A DNA stretch of 62,403 nucleotides, counting the filler, from Chiloscyllium plagiosum (lineage: Eukaryota): NCBI RefSeq assembly GCF_004010195.1. It is 3 parts of one record of this genome, joined end to end, with 100 filler letters (N's around TTAATTAATTAA, not from the genome) between each part and the next. Parts side by side here need not be neighbours in the genome. Positions count along the whole stretch, not along the records: positions 50,093 to 62,403 come from NC_057711.1; 2 more parts are not named here. The stretch is one strand, 5' to 3'. Shown here piece by piece: positions 61,187 to 62,403 of this stretch. The stretch's first letter is position 1; every line of letters starts with the position of its first letter. Made by a program: the position numbers and the translations under genes. Under the pieces are notes generated by a model that saw nothing but the letters and a program-made list of their open reading frames with translations, searched no databases and had not been told where the DNA came from.

Positions 61187-61364
61187 ACAGTGCTGCCCCT
61201 TCTGAGATTATGCCCTCAATATCCCTGAGTTAATCAGTTATTTTCAAAATATGTATTGAAATGTAGATAGATATGGCAACTAATATGGAAAAAAAAGTGT
61301 GGGCTGGAGAAAGAATATTGACCAGGATATTTTGGAGAACTGCCAGGCTTTTTATGTAAAATAG

Positions 61365-61500
61365 GCAAAAGTGAGGACTGTAGATGATGGAGATTAGAGT
61401 CAAGATTAGAGTGGTACTGGAAAAGCACAGCAGGACAGGCAGCATCTGAGGAGCAGGAAAATCAACATTTCGGGAAGGAGCCCTTCATCAGGAAAAGCCC
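61365..61500 (-). mobile_element. PLE family A 3' terminus with partly decayed hammerhead
   Basis: The - strand reads CCTGATGAAGGGCTCCTTCCCGAAATGTTG followed by the family A terminus. Confidence 0.8.
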
Positions 61501-62240
61501 CTCATAACATCTCTGCCTGCACATGGTACCTGTATGGCCATTCACCCAATATTGTATCAGTCAACTGAATAGTAACAATAGCATGTTGAACTGCTTACAA
61601 AAAAATTTGTAATATTCCTCTATTTAATAGTCAGGCAGATCTGGAATGTATTGTGCAGGTTTACCAGCCGCATTCTTATTCCACACCAGTGGAAATTGGG
61701 AATGCTGGAGGAGGGGTTAGGAAGAAATCCCTAAAAGATAGAGATCTATCCTTCTATAATCAGAGGCATGAAAATCCAAGCTTTAGTGTCAGTGCTATTA
61801 GCAATGAGGAAAAGGTTTGAAAATATAGGCTTTTAATTTCAGTATGAAATCTGAATTTATTTTATAGAGAAAAAAAATTGCAATTGACATAGAAGAACTA
61901 AGTCTATTAAACTAATTTAAATTGACAGCACATGATTAAAGGGACCATTTCAAACTTGTTAATAAAATTAAAGGAATGTATTGGGGAACTCTCCAAATAA
62001 AATACACAATAAAGGAATTGGCCTGTCTGTGTGGTGAGTAAAAACATCTGCAGTCTTATAAGACTCAATCAATGGAAGGATTTGAGGTTAGTAAATACAT
62101 TAGTTAAGTGCATTAAAATGGCCTGAATGACTTTCCTTACATGTAGTTAACTTGAGGGCTTTTGACCTTCATTTATTTCAATATTTTCTTTTTAAATTGG
62201 AAACGTATTTGTTGGCAGTTTAACTAACCTATAAACTATT

Positions 62241-62403
62241 CAGCACAGCAATTCAGGCAGCATCCGACGAGCAGCAAACTCGACGTTTCGGGCAAAAGGC
62301 CTTCATCAGGAATAAAGGCAGAGAGCCTGAAGCGTGGAGAGATAAGCTAGAGGAGGGTGGGGGTGGGGAGAAAGTAGCATAGAGAACAATAGGTGAGTGG
62401 GGG
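62241..62403 (-). mobile_element. PLE family A 3' end, continues beyond the window
   Basis: Same terminus as 10470-10628 and 27000-27095. Confidence 0.82.
62278..62313 (-). ncRNA. Minimal hammerhead ribozyme motif (PLE family A), intact core
   Basis: ATTC-CTGATGA-A-GGCC-TTTT-GCCC-GAA-ACGT-C-GAGT: 4-bp stem I with one G-U pair, and one mismatch in stem II. Confidence 0.72.

Noticed and set aside
1..62403. CRISPR array, operon or prokaryotic/phage system
   Set aside because: No regularly spaced repeat-spacer array or gene-dense region. The content is vertebrate intron and retroelements.

Overview
Eukaryotic, AT-rich vertebrate DNA, very probably from a cartilaginous fish (shark). This is inferred from HE1-like V-SINEs, SacSINE1-like DeuSINEs and their CR1 partners. 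The only host coding sequence I can support is two phase-0 exons on the + strand (56065-56160, 60196-60300). They match the N-terminal Calx-beta region of ADGRV1 (GPR98/VLGR1), equivalent to human exons 4 and 5 as I recall them. The rest is apparently intron, filled with nested retroelements: CR1 LINEs (four copies keep their 5' UTR and zinc-finger/SGNH-esterase ORF1), Rex1/Babar LINEs, tRNA-derived SINEs, Penelope-like element (PLE) fragments and a possible LTR remnant. There are four assembly gaps. Main second-look items: (1) minimal hammerhead-ribozyme motifs in two clear and one degenerate PLE family; (2) short palindromic PLE insertions with 11-15 bp target-site duplications, two of which carry a hammerhead on each strand; (3) a 10-bp hairpin with compensatory substitutions conserved in four divergent CR1 5' UTRs; (4) a 189-bp CR1 5'-UTR monomer duplication with splice donors on both strands; (5) a ~205-bp inverted duplication in unclassified sequence. 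Repeat boundaries are approximate and family names come from recognition, not database searches. No prokaryotic system is present.
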